A stretch of DNA of 64,000 nucleotides from the human T2T-CHM13v2.0 reference genome, Homo sapiens. Below, piece by piece: positions 16,033 to 28,570 of this stretch (positions within the stretch are counted from its first letter, which is position 1; each line of letters begins with the position of its first letter). The position numbers and the translations under genes were made by a program. A model generated the notes under the pieces. It saw nothing but the letters and a program-made list of their open reading frames with translations, was not told where the DNA came from and ran no database searches. The stretch is taken from assembly GCF_009914755.1 (NCBI RefSeq), contig NC_060939.1. The stretch is one strand, 5' to 3'.

Positions 16033-16627
16033 GGCAGGTGTGGTGGCATGTGCCTGTAGTTCCTGCTACTCAGGCATCTGAGGCAGGAAGATTGCTTGAG
16101 CCCAGGAGTCCTGGGCTGCAGTGTGCTGTGTTGATCAGATGTCTGCACGAAATTAGACATTAGTACAGTGACCTCCTGGGATAAGGGACTACCAGGTTGC
16201 CTAAGGAGGGGCGAACCGGCCTGGGTTGGTGACAAAGCAGGGCACAACTCCCAGTTTGACCAGCAGGGGGTCATGCCTGTGGATAGCCATGCAGCAGGGA
16301 GATCCTGCCCGTGGACAGCCCCGCAGCAGGGAGATCGTGCCCGTGGACAGCCCCGCAGCAGGGGGATCGTGCCTGTAAACAGCCCCGCAGCAGGGGGTCA
16401 TGTCTGTGGACAGCCCCTCACCAGGGGTTCGTGCCTGTGGACAGCCCCGCAGCAGGGAGGTTGTGCCTGTGGATGGCCCTGCAGCAGGGGATTGTGCCTG
16501 TGGACAGCCCCGCAGCAGGGGGTCGTGCCTGTGGACAGCTCCCCAGCAAGGCGATCATGCCTATAAACAGCCCCTGCACTACAGGCTGGGAAACAGAATG
16601 AGACCCTATTTATTAAAAAAAAAAAAA
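16033..16627 (+). pseudogene. full-length 7SL (SRP RNA) retropseudogene with internal minisatellite
   Basis: Alu domain followed by S domain 'gtgacctcctggg...accaggttgcctaaggaggggcgaaccggcc'; 3' end 'ctgcactacaggctgggaaacagaatgagaccc'; poly(A); TSD gaacacaggtg at 16017-16027 and 16649-16659. Confidence 0.93.
16261..16576. repeat. 31-33 bp GC-rich minisatellite, 10 copies
   Basis: consensus cagcagggg(g/a)atcgtgcctgtggacagccccg; unit starts 16261, 16292, 16324, 16356, 16388, 16419, 16450, 16482, 16513, 16544. Confidence 0.95.
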
Positions 16628-16794
16628 GAGGGGGGTGGGGTGGGGAGAGAACACAGGTGCACAAGTATCTATTTGAATAACTGCTTTCCATTCTTTTGAA
16701 GATAGATATAGGTAGATAAAGATACAGATATAGAGATTTATAGATGTGAGTGGGATTACTGAATCATATGGTAATTCTATGTCTAAATTCTTGA

Positions 16795-17215
<421 letters not shown>

Positions 17216-18189
17216 CTGATTTTTTTGTTTTTTCTTTTTTGATAGCAGCCATCCTAATCGTTGTGCAGTGTGTGTGTTGGGGGTGGGTGGGGGTTTAATA
17301 TCACATTGGTGATTCTAATGTGTAACCAGGAAAGAAAAGCTTGGATTCTGGGTCTCAATTTTTCATCTAGGTAAACCAGAGCAAATAAAACCTATTGAAG
17401 AGTTCTCCTGATGATTGAATGAGTTTCCCCATAGAAGGCAAAATCTACAAATGTTGGTTCCTCTCTTAGTCCCTTGGAATTCTACTAAACTTCCGGCCTC
17501 AACATACAGAGAAACTCTCTGAAGCCTAAAACTATGCAGATTTGACACAGGGCTGATTTTAACTTCTGTTTTGATTTTACCATATAGGTAGCTGCAGATG
17601 TCACATGTGTCCTCCATGACATCTAAACAGCACTACACCTTCACCAGCTTTCCTCTCAAATTAACTACTCATCAGTTCTATTATTAAACAAACAAGGAGC
17701 AGCTGTAATACTGAAGCAATGAGTGGAATTGTGCTTTAAAATTACATCTCTGCCAACACTTTTAGTTTGCTTGTTGAATAACTACAAGTTTTCCAGTTAA
17801 ATTAATAGAATACATTATACCCATAAAATCCTGAAATACTTGACAATACACACAACAAAATATTTTACAAGTAGAGAATATAATAAATGTATGACACTTT
17901 AGAAATTCATTGAGATAGGTTTAAACAGTGTTTACTTTTATTTGGTGTGCTTTCTTTCATCTCACAGTAATAAGCTGTGGTTTAGTTTATCGGCTGAATA
18001 CTCACTATGCAGTCTTTTGTAAAATTTTGGAGATTCGCAGTAATGTGATTATTGAGCTTCAACAGAATACACAGAAGATCCCAGGAACCACAAACTAATC
18101 CATCCACTATGCAGTATCTAAAGTGTTTGCAAAAATAAAAACAAACAACAACAAAAAAAAAACTGAACAGCTGACTTGTAGCAAAGCTA

Positions 18190-18240
18190 TCAGGTTAGTG
18201 CAAAAGTAATTGTGGTTTTGCCATTGAAAGTAATGAAAGT
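18190..18240. mobile_element. MADE1 (mariner MITE) half
   Basis: 'tcaggttagtgcaaaagtaattgtggttttgccattgaaagtaatg' matches the left half of MADE1. Confidence 0.75.
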
Positions 18241-18694
18241 AATTGAAAGAATAGGTGTTCTAGCTGGATATTCTACAATGCATGCCACAACCATGGATCA
18301 ATTGTGTATTGAAAACCCAAACCAACTGAGGATCACTGCTGTGCATTATTCCCATCGTGTCATAATGTGGCAAACTAAAACTAAGGACTTGTAACAGGGG
18401 ATTTTCAGAGGGAGAGCAAACATATTGGTTAAAGCAAAGAAAACTGGCAATTTTCAATTTTCTCAAATCAAACTATTCATTACTTTGTACCCTTCTCTAC
18501 AAAATCCAGAACTTTAGATAGGATTACCCTTAGGTAAAACTGTAAAATGAGCAGCTTCTGATCAATAGGCCTCAACTCCTTTTCCCTTCTGTATCACAGA
18601 CCGTGTGGGTGAATCCATCACATGACCTAATATGATTTGGCCAGTTGGGAAAGGTCTTTTTAAAGAACTAACACTCAGGCTGGGATCTAGAGCA

Positions 18695-18845
18695 AAGCAC
18701 CATAAACTTGAATGTGCATATGAACCACCTCGGCACCTTGTCAACATGCAGATTCTGATTCATTGGATCTAGGGTGATGCCTGAGCTCTAGCAAGCTCCC
18801 AGAGATGCCTATGTGACTGCCTTGGACATCAGTTACAGTAGCAAG
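18695..18845. mobile_element. MER5-type hAT-Charlie element
   Basis: 'cttgtcaacatgcagattctgattcattggatctaggg...gcaagctcccag'. Confidence 0.7.
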
Positions 18846-18949
18846 AATATAAGCAGATACCAGCCAACAAAGCAGGAGTGAATGCTTCATGGCCCAGGCA
18901 GCCCTGGACCACGCCAGCTCAGGGATCTGAGAAAAGAGTAACTGGACTG

Positions 18950-20040
18950 AGGTCTATGAGTGCTTCCATGAGAGGTGAGGCTGAGAAGGTGGACAAGATC
19001 TAGGTCAATGTGTTAACTTCCTACTAAATGCAAGGCTAGGCTCTGCATAAACAGAAACAAATAAGGCAAACCTAGTCCTTGCATCTTTAGAGCTTGCAGT
19101 CTAGCAGAATTATTTCGTTGGTAGAAAATCATTAAATATTTTTAAACGAAGGAGAGACATGATCTAATTGAAATTTTTGAAGAACCTTTCTGGGTGTGCC
19201 ATAGAGAAGGTATTGGAGAGGCAAAAAGTTGGAAAGAGGAGAATATGTTTGCAGATCAGCTGAAAGATGCGGATGGCAGAAGCGGATAATTTTAGCACAT
19301 ATTTTGAAAGTGAAATAACAGTACTTGGTTGCAAGTTTTGATGGTAGGGTGGTTGCAGGAAGAAGAAAGCATCAAGGATGATGATGCTTTCTGGAAGAAA
19401 CAAATGGGTAAATTGAGACGATTTTTATAAGGAATGGTAAGGCTGAAGAAGAAATAAACTAACAAAAGGGAAATGATTGAGGAAGTGGCATAGATGTGGG
19501 GGCAGAACTCAAGAGTTTTGAATTCTGATTTTAGGAATGCCTGTGAAAATCCCAGTGGAGATTTCAAGATGGCAGGTGCACATAATGTTTTGGAGCTTGG
19601 GAGGAGAGGTCTGTAGGAGCCATATGCATATCAATGGTATCTAAAGCCATAGGAATTAATAAAACCTTGTCTAGAGTCTGTGTAGGCAGGGCTGTCCAAT
19701 CTTTTGGCTTCCCTGGCTGTATTCAAATAAGAAGAATTGTCTTGGGCCACACATAAAATATACTAACATTAACAATAGATGATGAGCTAAAAAAAATCAT
19801 AAAATATCTTATAATGCTTGAAGAATGTTTACAAATTTGTGTATGGCTGCATTCAAAGTTGTCCTGGGCCACACGTGGCCCACAGGCCATGGGTTGGACA
19901 AGCTTAGTATGGAATAAGAACAGAAGAGGACCCAGGATTTAGGAACTTCAACATTTAAAGTTTGGGCAAAGAGGGAGAAGCTGATAAGAAAATAGTTCAA
20001 GCTAGAGGAAGAGGTCAGGGGTCTACTCTACCGAATGTTC
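18950..20040 (-). mobile_element. L2 fragments interrupted by MER30
   Basis: 'atcccagtggagatttcaagatggcaggtgcaca', 'ggaacttcaacatttaaag'. Confidence 0.6.
19687..19906 (+). mobile_element. MER30 hAT-Charlie MITE
   Basis: 'cagggctgtccaatcttttggcttccctgg...agaagaattgtcttgggccacacataaaat...ggttggacaagctt'. Confidence 0.9.
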
Positions 20041-20084
20041 CTGAGACCCCATTGGACTTATATATTACATAATATGTACAATAT

Positions 20085-20191
20085 ATGTTACTTTGGTGAT
20101 GGATACCCTAATAGCTTTGAACTGACCACTATGCATGGAACAAAATTGCACATGTATCCCATAAATTTTATATAAACAAAAGTAAATAAAT
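20085..20191 (+). mobile_element. L1 (L1MA-like) 3' terminus
   Basis: 'ggtgatggataccctaa...aaaattgcacatgtatcccataaatttta'. Confidence 0.8.
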
Positions 20192-20457
20192 AGAAGGAAG
20201 GAAAGGAGAAAGAGAGAGAAGGAAGGAAGGAAGGAACGAAGGAAGGAAGGAAGGAAGGAAGGAAGGATGGGCGAGGAAAGGAAAGGAAAGAAGGAGAGGA
20301 GAGTGAGGAAAGGAAGATAAGGGAAAAAAAAGGAAAGGAAAGGAAAGGGAAGGGAAGGAAAGAAGGAAGGGAGAGCAAGGGAAGGTTAGGAAAGGGAGGG
20401 AAGGAAGGAAGAGAGAAAGAAAGAGGAAAGAAGGAGAGAGAGAGAAAGAGAGAAAGA

Positions 20458-20522
<65 letters not shown>

Positions 20523-20560
20523 AGAAAGAAAGGGAGAGAAAGAAAGAGAGAAAGAGGAAT
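20192..20560. repeat. ~370-bp polypurine tract ((GAAG)n, (GGAAA)n, (GAAA)n)
   Basis: direct reading; starts at the tail of the L1 3' end. Confidence 0.95.
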
Positions 20561-20594
20561 AGTGTTCATGATGTTTAGGAATCACCAATTCTGG

Positions 20595-20930
20595 GGGTGC
20601 TGAATTGTGTCCCCCCAGATTCCTATGTTGAAGAGCTGATCCCCACTGCCTCAGAGGGACTGATTTAGAGAAGGCATTCAAAGAGGTAAGTGAGGTCAAA
20701 TAAAGCCATATGGGTGGACCCTAAACCAATATGGCAGGTGTCCATCTAAAAAGAGATTGAGACACAGGCAACACAGCCTGAGGACACAGCAAGAAGGGAG
20801 GCATCTGCAAGGCAGCAGTTCTCAGAAGAAGGCAAACCTGCTGACATTCCATCGTGGATTTCCAGTCTTCAGAGCTTGAGAAGATAAACCACTCAATCTG
20901 TGGCAGCTTGTGATGGAAGCCCCTAGCACT
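20595..20930 (+). mobile_element. MLT1 LTR
   Basis: 'gctgaattgtgtccccccagattcctatgttgaag', 'ggatttccagtcttcagagc'. Confidence 0.75.
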
Positions 20931-21394
20931 CTTATATGGTGACCTTAGCACAAGCAGTTTCATAGGCTTGATGAAAGTGAAAGCCAAACTGACCTGAATA
21001 AAGAGTGAAAGGAAAATGAGCAAAAGGAGATAGTAAGTGTGGAAAATACTTGAGAAAAATTTGCCAAGAAAGGAGGAGATGACTCGATAGCTAGAAAGAC
21101 ACACAGAGTCAAAGTTAAGGTTCCTCCAAAATAGAAGATATTTTAAATGAAAAATTTATATTTAAATGCTGACAGAATGCATCAAGAAGGAGAGAGACTG
21201 AAGATGCAGATGACAAATGGAAAAGCAATGAACAGAATCCCTGAAAAGTCAGGAAAAGAAGGGAGATTATTAGAGGGATGTCCTTTTACAGGAAGAGGAA
21301 CACTTCCTCCACTGCCCCAGGATTTAAAAAGCTTATAAATTACAGGTAACATTCTACCTAATTACAGAGCTTTATGCTTTTCAATAAATTTTAT

Positions 21395-21555
21395 TGTACA
21401 TAATACAGTCGCTCTGTGAATTCAGTGAGACAGATAGTTATCCACATTTTACATAAAAAGAAAGAAAAGGCAGAAAAGAAGTGATTTGCTTGAAGTAACA
21501 CAGAAATAGCTGGTAGAACCATGTACTGTGTAGATGGCAGGGCTCCTGACTTCTC
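21395..21555 (-). mobile_element. MIR
   Basis: 'cacattttacat...gaagtgatttgcttgaagtaacacag'. Confidence 0.55.
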
Positions 21556-23339
21556 ATTTCACACCAGAAATGTAGACAGAATTAGATATAATGACAGTTA
21601 TTATATTTTTAAGCCTTTCAAATAAGAATATCCTTAGAATTTCATTCATTAACCAAGCTCAAAGCATGTGATTAGCATCTGAAAATGTTTTATTATACAA
21701 TCACTAGACAGCAAAAGAGGTTTCCATTTTCCTGTGTATTTGAAAGAGTTCAACAGCCCTAAGTCACACAGTTGGAGGAAACTCAAACAAGGGAAATTTC
21801 ATTTGAAGTGATGAAATTAGCATGATGAAGTTTACAATACAAAGATTTTTGTTTCAAGACTCTGAGGTTTGGTAGGGAGGAAGGGGAAAGGCAGACGACA
21901 CCAAATAAGACTGGTTGGAGAGGGGATGAGAAGCATCAATTAGAAAGCTCTTCAAGTTCAAACGGACCATTCAAACCATCCTAGGACTAGACTCCAATTG
22001 GGAAAAACTCTGAAGGAAATGATCTCCTACTCCCACGAGATGGCTAACGTGATTTAGGTAAAAAGCTTTTAGTTTTATGGCTGGGGAGGTAGCAATAAAG
22101 AAAATGAACCTCCTGCCAGTGATTCTTTTTCAAGCTCTGCCAATTCCTGTGTCTGGGGAAGCTATAAAGAATGTCCAGCCTCATGTCAAAAGAATTGCCA
22201 CAGATCTCCAGCTCACCTGCATTCAAGCATTGAAACATCCCTAAGCCTGTTCCCAGGCCAGCCTGGAACTGAGAATCCAGGAGAGTCTTTTCTGTTCTGC
22301 TGTTGCAGCTACACTATCTACTTGTTAGCATAACCAGGTCCACCAGCAACACATGCTAGAGAAATACAGAGAGCAAAAATCAACAGCTGATGAAAAGCAG
22401 AATCTTTTCTTTTTGACAGCAATACCAATAGCATGAAGCACGTCCCTTTTGGAGCTTTCCAAACCAATTCAAAGGCGAGTTTTCTGGTGTGGATCAAGAA
22501 AGCTAGCCAAATTGCCCCTGAGTGCATAGCCACTGGCCAAGATATTGATGACTGTAGGCAGCTCAGGACGCATCCTCGGCCCCGGTGCTGTCTTTCTCAG
22601 AGCTCTGTTTAATTCCATCAGGCACGGGCAGCATTTGGAGAAAGCTGTGTTGATTTTTGTGATCTTCAGCCAGCACAGAAGTGGCCAGTTCCCTAGCTTC
22701 CCAGCACTGTCCTTCTCCTGCCCTGCCCCTTCATGGTCTGCCTGGGCTCACTGGACCCAGACTTGCCTTTCACCCCTGTCAAAACCTCACAGTCCTGTGT
22801 GTCTGTTTCCCTTTGAACTACACAAACTAACTAATTTGGTGAACCTATTAAGTGAACTTCTTTATACTCATGGCCTAGAGTGCATTGAACGCTAAAGGGT
22901 TTGCTAGAGGTTGTCAAAATCAATTCTGTCTTCTTCCAACTGGACCAAGGCTTCTTTGAGTTAATAAAACTCTGAGAAATCTGAGTGGATTTTTCATAGT
23001 ATCTTTTTCTATTCATTTGGGGATTTTTTTGTTTGTTTTTTACTTTTCATGGAGATTTTCCTTAATTTAACCCAAAAGATATACCCATATGACATTTCAA
23101 CTAATATGAAAGAGATAGTAGGACAAAGAATTTGAAGACAGTCTTTCAGAGCCCCACAAAATACTTGAAATTTATCAATAAACCCCTCCCGGTGCTTCCC
23201 ACCATGTTCCACATTCCATCTCCATTTTAAGCCATGAAGCTTCAAGTGGCATCTCCTCCTGTGAAACCTACAGTTTGGAGATAAATTATTGATGACTAAT
23301 GACTTAGAAGAACCAAAGAAAGGATCCTCTAGTGGAGAC

Positions 23340-23580
23340 ACAGCATGGAAATGGTGGTCCAGGGTGAGACGGAACTGCTTCCAATCCCAGTGCCGCCTAC
23401 GTGGTTCCAGCTGTGTGCTTCCCTTCCTCTAATCTTGTTTACTCGTCTCTAATATGGGACTAATAACATATACATCAGACTATTGTGAGGGTTGAATGTA
23501 ACGATATTCCAAATTGTTGCATGTGTCCAGTACTTAACATAGTGCCAAGAACAAAACATGTATCAATAAGTATGAATAGC
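23340..23580 (+). mobile_element. MIR
   Basis: 'gactattgtgagggttgaatgtaa...acttaacatagtgcc'. Confidence 0.6.
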
Positions 23581-24809
23581 CTTCCCAGCGCACACCTCCA
23601 AACAATGGATTTCTGGCCGATGACAAGTAGTGGTTCCCAGCGGTCCTACAGGTTATGGTTTAACTTACCACTAGCCAATGAGTAAGTTTGCCTCAGACCA
23701 CATCACAATTCTTTTGCAAGCCTGGAGCTTGGTGAAAAACAAGGGGGAAAATAATCAATGTCCCTAAGGCAGATGCTGAAAGATTAACCTCATAACATAA
23801 TTCTCTCACCAGACTTGTTTCCTGAATGTCTATTTAAATTTTAACTCTGCAGATAAAACAAAGTTGATAATGAAGGTGATTAAGATGGTATTTGTCCAGG
23901 GAACGAATCTCCTCACAACATACCTAAGAAAGAGATATATGTACAGAAAATGAAACACAGTAAAATATCACTTCATTACTATCAGAGATTTTCCCCAAAC
24001 ACAGAGAAAGCTCTACAGAGCTGAGCTTAAGCCAGAGCTCTGTTATTTGCTTGGTCTAATGCCAAAACAGGCCAGAGACCCCTTTCACCTACTTCTCTTT
24101 AATCCCAAACCTATGTCTTGCTTTGATCTAAGAAAGAGACAAATGCCCAGGAGGCACCACGATAGGGAAAAGCAGCCAGCCGGAGAGTGGCCTCCGTGCC
24201 AGGGGACTATGTCTGAGCTTTGTTTTATTTTTCTTATTTGTCTGTAGTTGTGTGATTGGTAGAAGAGAGTAGATATGAAGTCTACTGACACAGGATTGGT
24301 CTTCAGGCATGTCTTACCAAGCATTTGGGGGAACAGAGGGGTTCCACAAATAAGAGAGCAATGATCAGACTTTCTTCTAAAAGGAGCAGCCACAAGCTAC
24401 CTTAACTCTCCAACTTGCCCATTAATCTTCACCTAGAGTTAGGAAGATTTCACCATTAGCTGTGGCCCATAAAAGATCCTTAAGCTTGACCAACCACAGA
24501 GGTCCATCTCCTTGAGGAGGAAGTGAAAGGGGTATGGACAGAAGCTGTGAGCTTTCTGTCCTCCGCAGGCCGCCAGCTGTGTCTTCTGCTTATTGTACAA
24601 GATAGTCTCTAAATGATGTTTTCTGGCTGACAATGCCACAGAACTGATCCTTATCTCACTATGGAAATGAAAGATTTCAAAGAATTTGTTGCCTGAAATA
24701 TGGTGCCCTAATCACATATTAATAAAGCTGCTATCCAGAAAGAAGGCAGATTTCAAAAGAAATGTTGTTAGCATTCTCAGGGACCTAAAAAGTACATATT
24801 GTAGAACAA

Positions 24810-25030
24810 CGGTAAACAGATCTTGGAATCCGGTAGACTTTAATTCAAACCCCAGCTATGCCACTTATTAACTTATGTGACATTGAGAAAGCCTCTCAAA
24901 TTTAGATTTGCAAAATCAGAATAATGTAAGTAGCCAACAAATAGGGTTTAAAGGAGGTAATAATGAAGGTTATTAAGATGATAAAATTAAACAGTGAATA
25001 TAAAGTCCTTAGCATTTAATAAATTTATTA
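24810..25030 (+). mobile_element. MIR
   Basis: 'ttcaaaccccagctatgccacttattaacttatgtgac'. Confidence 0.6.
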
Positions 25031-25325
25031 TATGATTTCAAAGCACATGCTTTTACTTACAGTGCTATAAAACTGCTTGGAATAGTCAAAGTTAATAGAA
25101 GCTCTCGTCAGAGCTAATAGAAGCCTTGTATATGTAATTATTTAAGAATTCTGTAAATATACACAATAGGGTAGGAACGAGAAAATCTTTAGAGGAAATA
25201 TTCAAGTATGTTTGATTTCTAGCAAATCCAGATAGACAGTTTTGGCAACAACCAAGTCATAATTTTAAGTCTTGTTATAGGAGCTAGAATTTTATTCAAG
25301 GGACAACTGATTTGATTAGATTAGA

Positions 25326-25675
25326 TGCTGTGCACTGCATGTTTCCTTCAACAAATGCACAAGTTGAAACTCTAACAATAGAATGGCATTAGAAGGAGGA
25401 CCTTTGGGAAGTAATTTGGTTTTGATGAGGATGGAGTTCTCACAATGGGGTTAGCATCCTAATAAGAAGAGTAGGAGACTAGAGCCCTCTTCTCTCAGCC
25501 ATGTGAAGATACAACAAGAACACCTGCAAACCAGTAAGAGGGCATTCACCAGACACTGGCTCTGCTGGCCCAGATTTTAATCTTTGAATTCCCACAACTG
25601 TGAGAACAAGTATATGCTGTTTAAGCCACTCAGTCTACAGTTGTTTGTAGCAGCAGCCTGAGCAGACAAAGACAT
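25326..25675 (+). mobile_element. MLT1A/B-like LTR
   Basis: 'ccatgtgaagatacaacaag', 'aactgtgagaac...tttaagccactcagtcta...gcagcctgagcagacaaagaca'. Confidence 0.75.
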
Positions 25676-27042
25676 AGGGTTCCTTTTATTTTCAGAATTC
25701 GGTTTAGCTGTAATCACCTACCATCCTGAGATGCTGTTTCCTCCCTTGAAATATAAGCTCTGGGACTATAGCTTCATGGACAAATTCTGAAGAATTTGTC
25801 TCTGCTCTTGTGGGATGCTAACCTAACCAATCAAGGAATGTTTGCTCAATGGAATGAAACATCTTAATGCAGCTCGCCAGCCAATATCTGCAAAGCACAC
25901 CTCATGGGTTCTGGCTGGCTTGGATTTCTGAGACTACTTCATCCTACTCATCAAACTGTGGACTCAGATTCAGCCAGGAGGCCCAGATTCTAGCGTCAGT
26001 TTTGCCCTTGGGATACAAATGCACATCCTGCTTCACTGAACATGAAACCCTGAATATTTGGCCATTACTCTGGCAATTGTCCTCTCTCCCTGTGCCAATT
26101 GCCAATCAACCCAACTCCCAGGCAGCTTTGGCAGTTATGTCTGCTTGGCCTGCTGTAGCAGCCAATGACTTAGTAAAAGTCAGAACATAGATCTGCTAGC
26201 TCCCAGTCCAGGATTTCCCCATAACTCGTCCATGTTTATATTAAACAACTAGGTTTGCTTTCAAAATTCTTTTTCATTTAGCCTCTTCTTAGAACTTCTC
26301 ATTTTGAGAATCCTGACCTGCCAATATTCCATAACCTTTCTGAAAGTGACACAGCAAATACGATGTATGCACACTGCTAACTGCAGCTGATTTCATTTTC
26401 CAACATCTATAAAGCACACTAGGTAATTTCTAAACCAGCAGCAAAATCTATTTATAAAGAATGCTGATTTGTTTTCTGCATTTTCCAACACAGAGCTTCA
26501 ATTTATTTCCTTGCCATAAAAAACCATTACTTTTTAAAACAATCATAGTTAGTATATTTTATAAATGCTTTAATTTTTGTAAAGTCCAACTTGCAAATTG
26601 GAGTGTAAATAGCTTTCTTAAAATGGAAGGAACCGTGTTAGACCCAGTATGCTGATTGATTATTTCACTGTGCTTCAAAGCAGACGATTTCACAGACATT
26701 GGGTATATAATGTAATGAGTTTTTATAAAGCAATTGATATTATTAAAAATATAATTATAATAAATAAAATTATAGGGAAAAGCAAATCTTCATTCTGACA
26801 ATGCTAAATTTTTTAACTAACTCATTGGTAAAAGATTATGTTTCTACATGAAAAATTTTACACATTCTTTCTATGAAATAAACCTGATAACACCTTGAAA
26901 ACTTCATAGTTATGGAAAAGGAACTACTGTGATTTTTTTTAGAGAATGTCATGTTCTTGATGTTCTTGAGTGAGCTGTCTCATGTTATTAGAAAGGAAAC
27001 AGCAGCACCTTGTGGACAAACAAAGAAAGTGAATGAATTTTT

Positions 27043-27331
27043 AGGACCCGGTGCAGTGGTTCAGGCTTGTAATCCCAGCACTTTGGGAGACTTGGGCGGA
27101 GGGTAACTTGAGCCCAAGAGTTCAAGACCAGCCTAGGCAACACAGTGACACGCCGATCTTTACCAAAAATTGAAAAATTTGCTGGGCTTGGTGACTCATA
27201 CCTCAGGTCCCAGCTACTTGTAAGGCTGAGGTGGGAGGATCGCTTAAGCCCAGGAGGTCAAGGCTGCAGTGACTGTGATCATACCACTGCATTCCAGCCT
27301 GGGTGACACAGCAAGACCCTATTTCAAAAAA
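27043..27331 (+). mobile_element. AluJ
   Basis: dimer with J-type 'gcccaggaggtcaaggctgcagtga'. Confidence 0.9.
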
Positions 27332-27394
27332 GGTATATTTATGTGGCACTTTCTACAAGGAATATAGTATCATGTTTGTATTTAAATAACATCA

Positions 27395-27700
27395 GGACAA
27401 GCATGGTGGCTTACACATGTAATCTCAGCTCCTCAGACGGTGGAAGGCAGGAGGATTGCTTGAGGCCAGGAGTTGGAAGACCAGCCTGGGCAGCATAATG
27501 AAACCCCCATTTCTACAAAAATAATAATAGTAATCAAAAGCTAGGCGTACTGGCACACACCTGCAGACCTAGCTGCTGTGGAGGTTGAGTGGAAGGATAA
27601 CATTGAGCTCAGGAGTTTGACTGTATTGTGTATTGTGAGGTACGATCTAGCCACTCCACTCCAGACAACACGGCAAGACCCAGTCTCTAAACAAAATAAA
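27395..27700 (+). mobile_element. diverged AluJ
   Basis: 'ggattgcttgaggccaggagtt', 'agacccagtctctaaa'. Confidence 0.85.
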
Positions 27701-28094
27701 GGGACATCAGAGTATTGTTTATAGAGATTTATAAATGATCCCAAAATGTCTTCAGAGAGATAAATCATCTAAGTATAGCTATATCGACTCTTCCTAAATT
27801 CTAAATTTGTGTGGGAACAATAAATGAGATAGAAGACTTCTTGAAATGTATCAAGACTCAGAAAGACAAAACAAAAACTTTCATTAGGCAGTATCAAGAA
27901 TGTTCATTAATGCTATTTCTAATTTATGATACGATCATCTAAAGAGGAAATCCCAGCAACAAGAGGCCAAAGGAAAGGGAAAAGAAATGAAAACAAGGAT
28001 CATATTTTCTCCACATCCAACCTCTTCTCTACCACCTCTCAGCAAGACCTCCCACACCCAATCACTGCTTTCTCTTGCGGACTTACCCTCTACT

Positions 28095-28570
28095 CTGTGA
28101 ACACATGAGCCAGAGAACCCTGAGAAGTCCCTGAGTCCTTCCAGGGGCTCTGCAAGGTCAAAAGTCTTTTCATAAAAATACACAGGTTTTGTTTACCTTT
28201 TCCACTTTCCTTGTCTCTCAAGTATAATTGGAGTTTCCCAGAGGCTACCTGACATGTGATGTCAAAAGAAATTAAATGTAGAAGTAGAAAGGAGAACAAG
28301 TTTTCTTCTATTAAACCAGACATTAAAGACATACCTAAAAATATAAAACAATGTCACTGTTCTCACAAACTTTATTGCTTAAAAATGATAATTTTAAATA
28401 AAAATGTGATTTATGTAAACATATAAGTATATATTTTTTAATTTCTCAGTTTTAATGTTTACTATGATAAATATAGATAGACATAATCCAAATAAATAAA
28501 AGCTCTTTGGGGTCCTCAATAACTTTTAAAAATGTAAAGTGTTCCTGAAACCAAAAATTTGAGGACGGAT
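28095..28570 (+). mobile_element. hAT-Charlie element (Charlie4a-like)
   Basis: 'ccagaggctacctgacatgtgat', 'cttctattaaaccagacattaaaga', 'aagctctttggggtcctcaataa'. Confidence 0.7.

Noticed and set aside
15900-16699. Repetitive ORFs (TAPQQG / DSPAAG); superficial CRISPR-like or SVA-VNTR appearance
   Set aside because: Head-to-tail minisatellite with no spacers, derived from 7SL; no SINE-R or hexamer parts
17363-17617. 84-aa ORF with a possible minus-strand acceptor near 17520
   Set aside because: Could be a lncRNA exon, but nothing in the sequence alone supports it
20088-20699. 203-aa and 133-aa S/F/L/P-rich ORFs
   Set aside because: Translations of the polypyrimidine strand of a simple repeat
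27000-27020. CTCF-like motif (also one at ~34885-34902)
   Set aside because: Single imperfect matches, expected by chance in 64 kb
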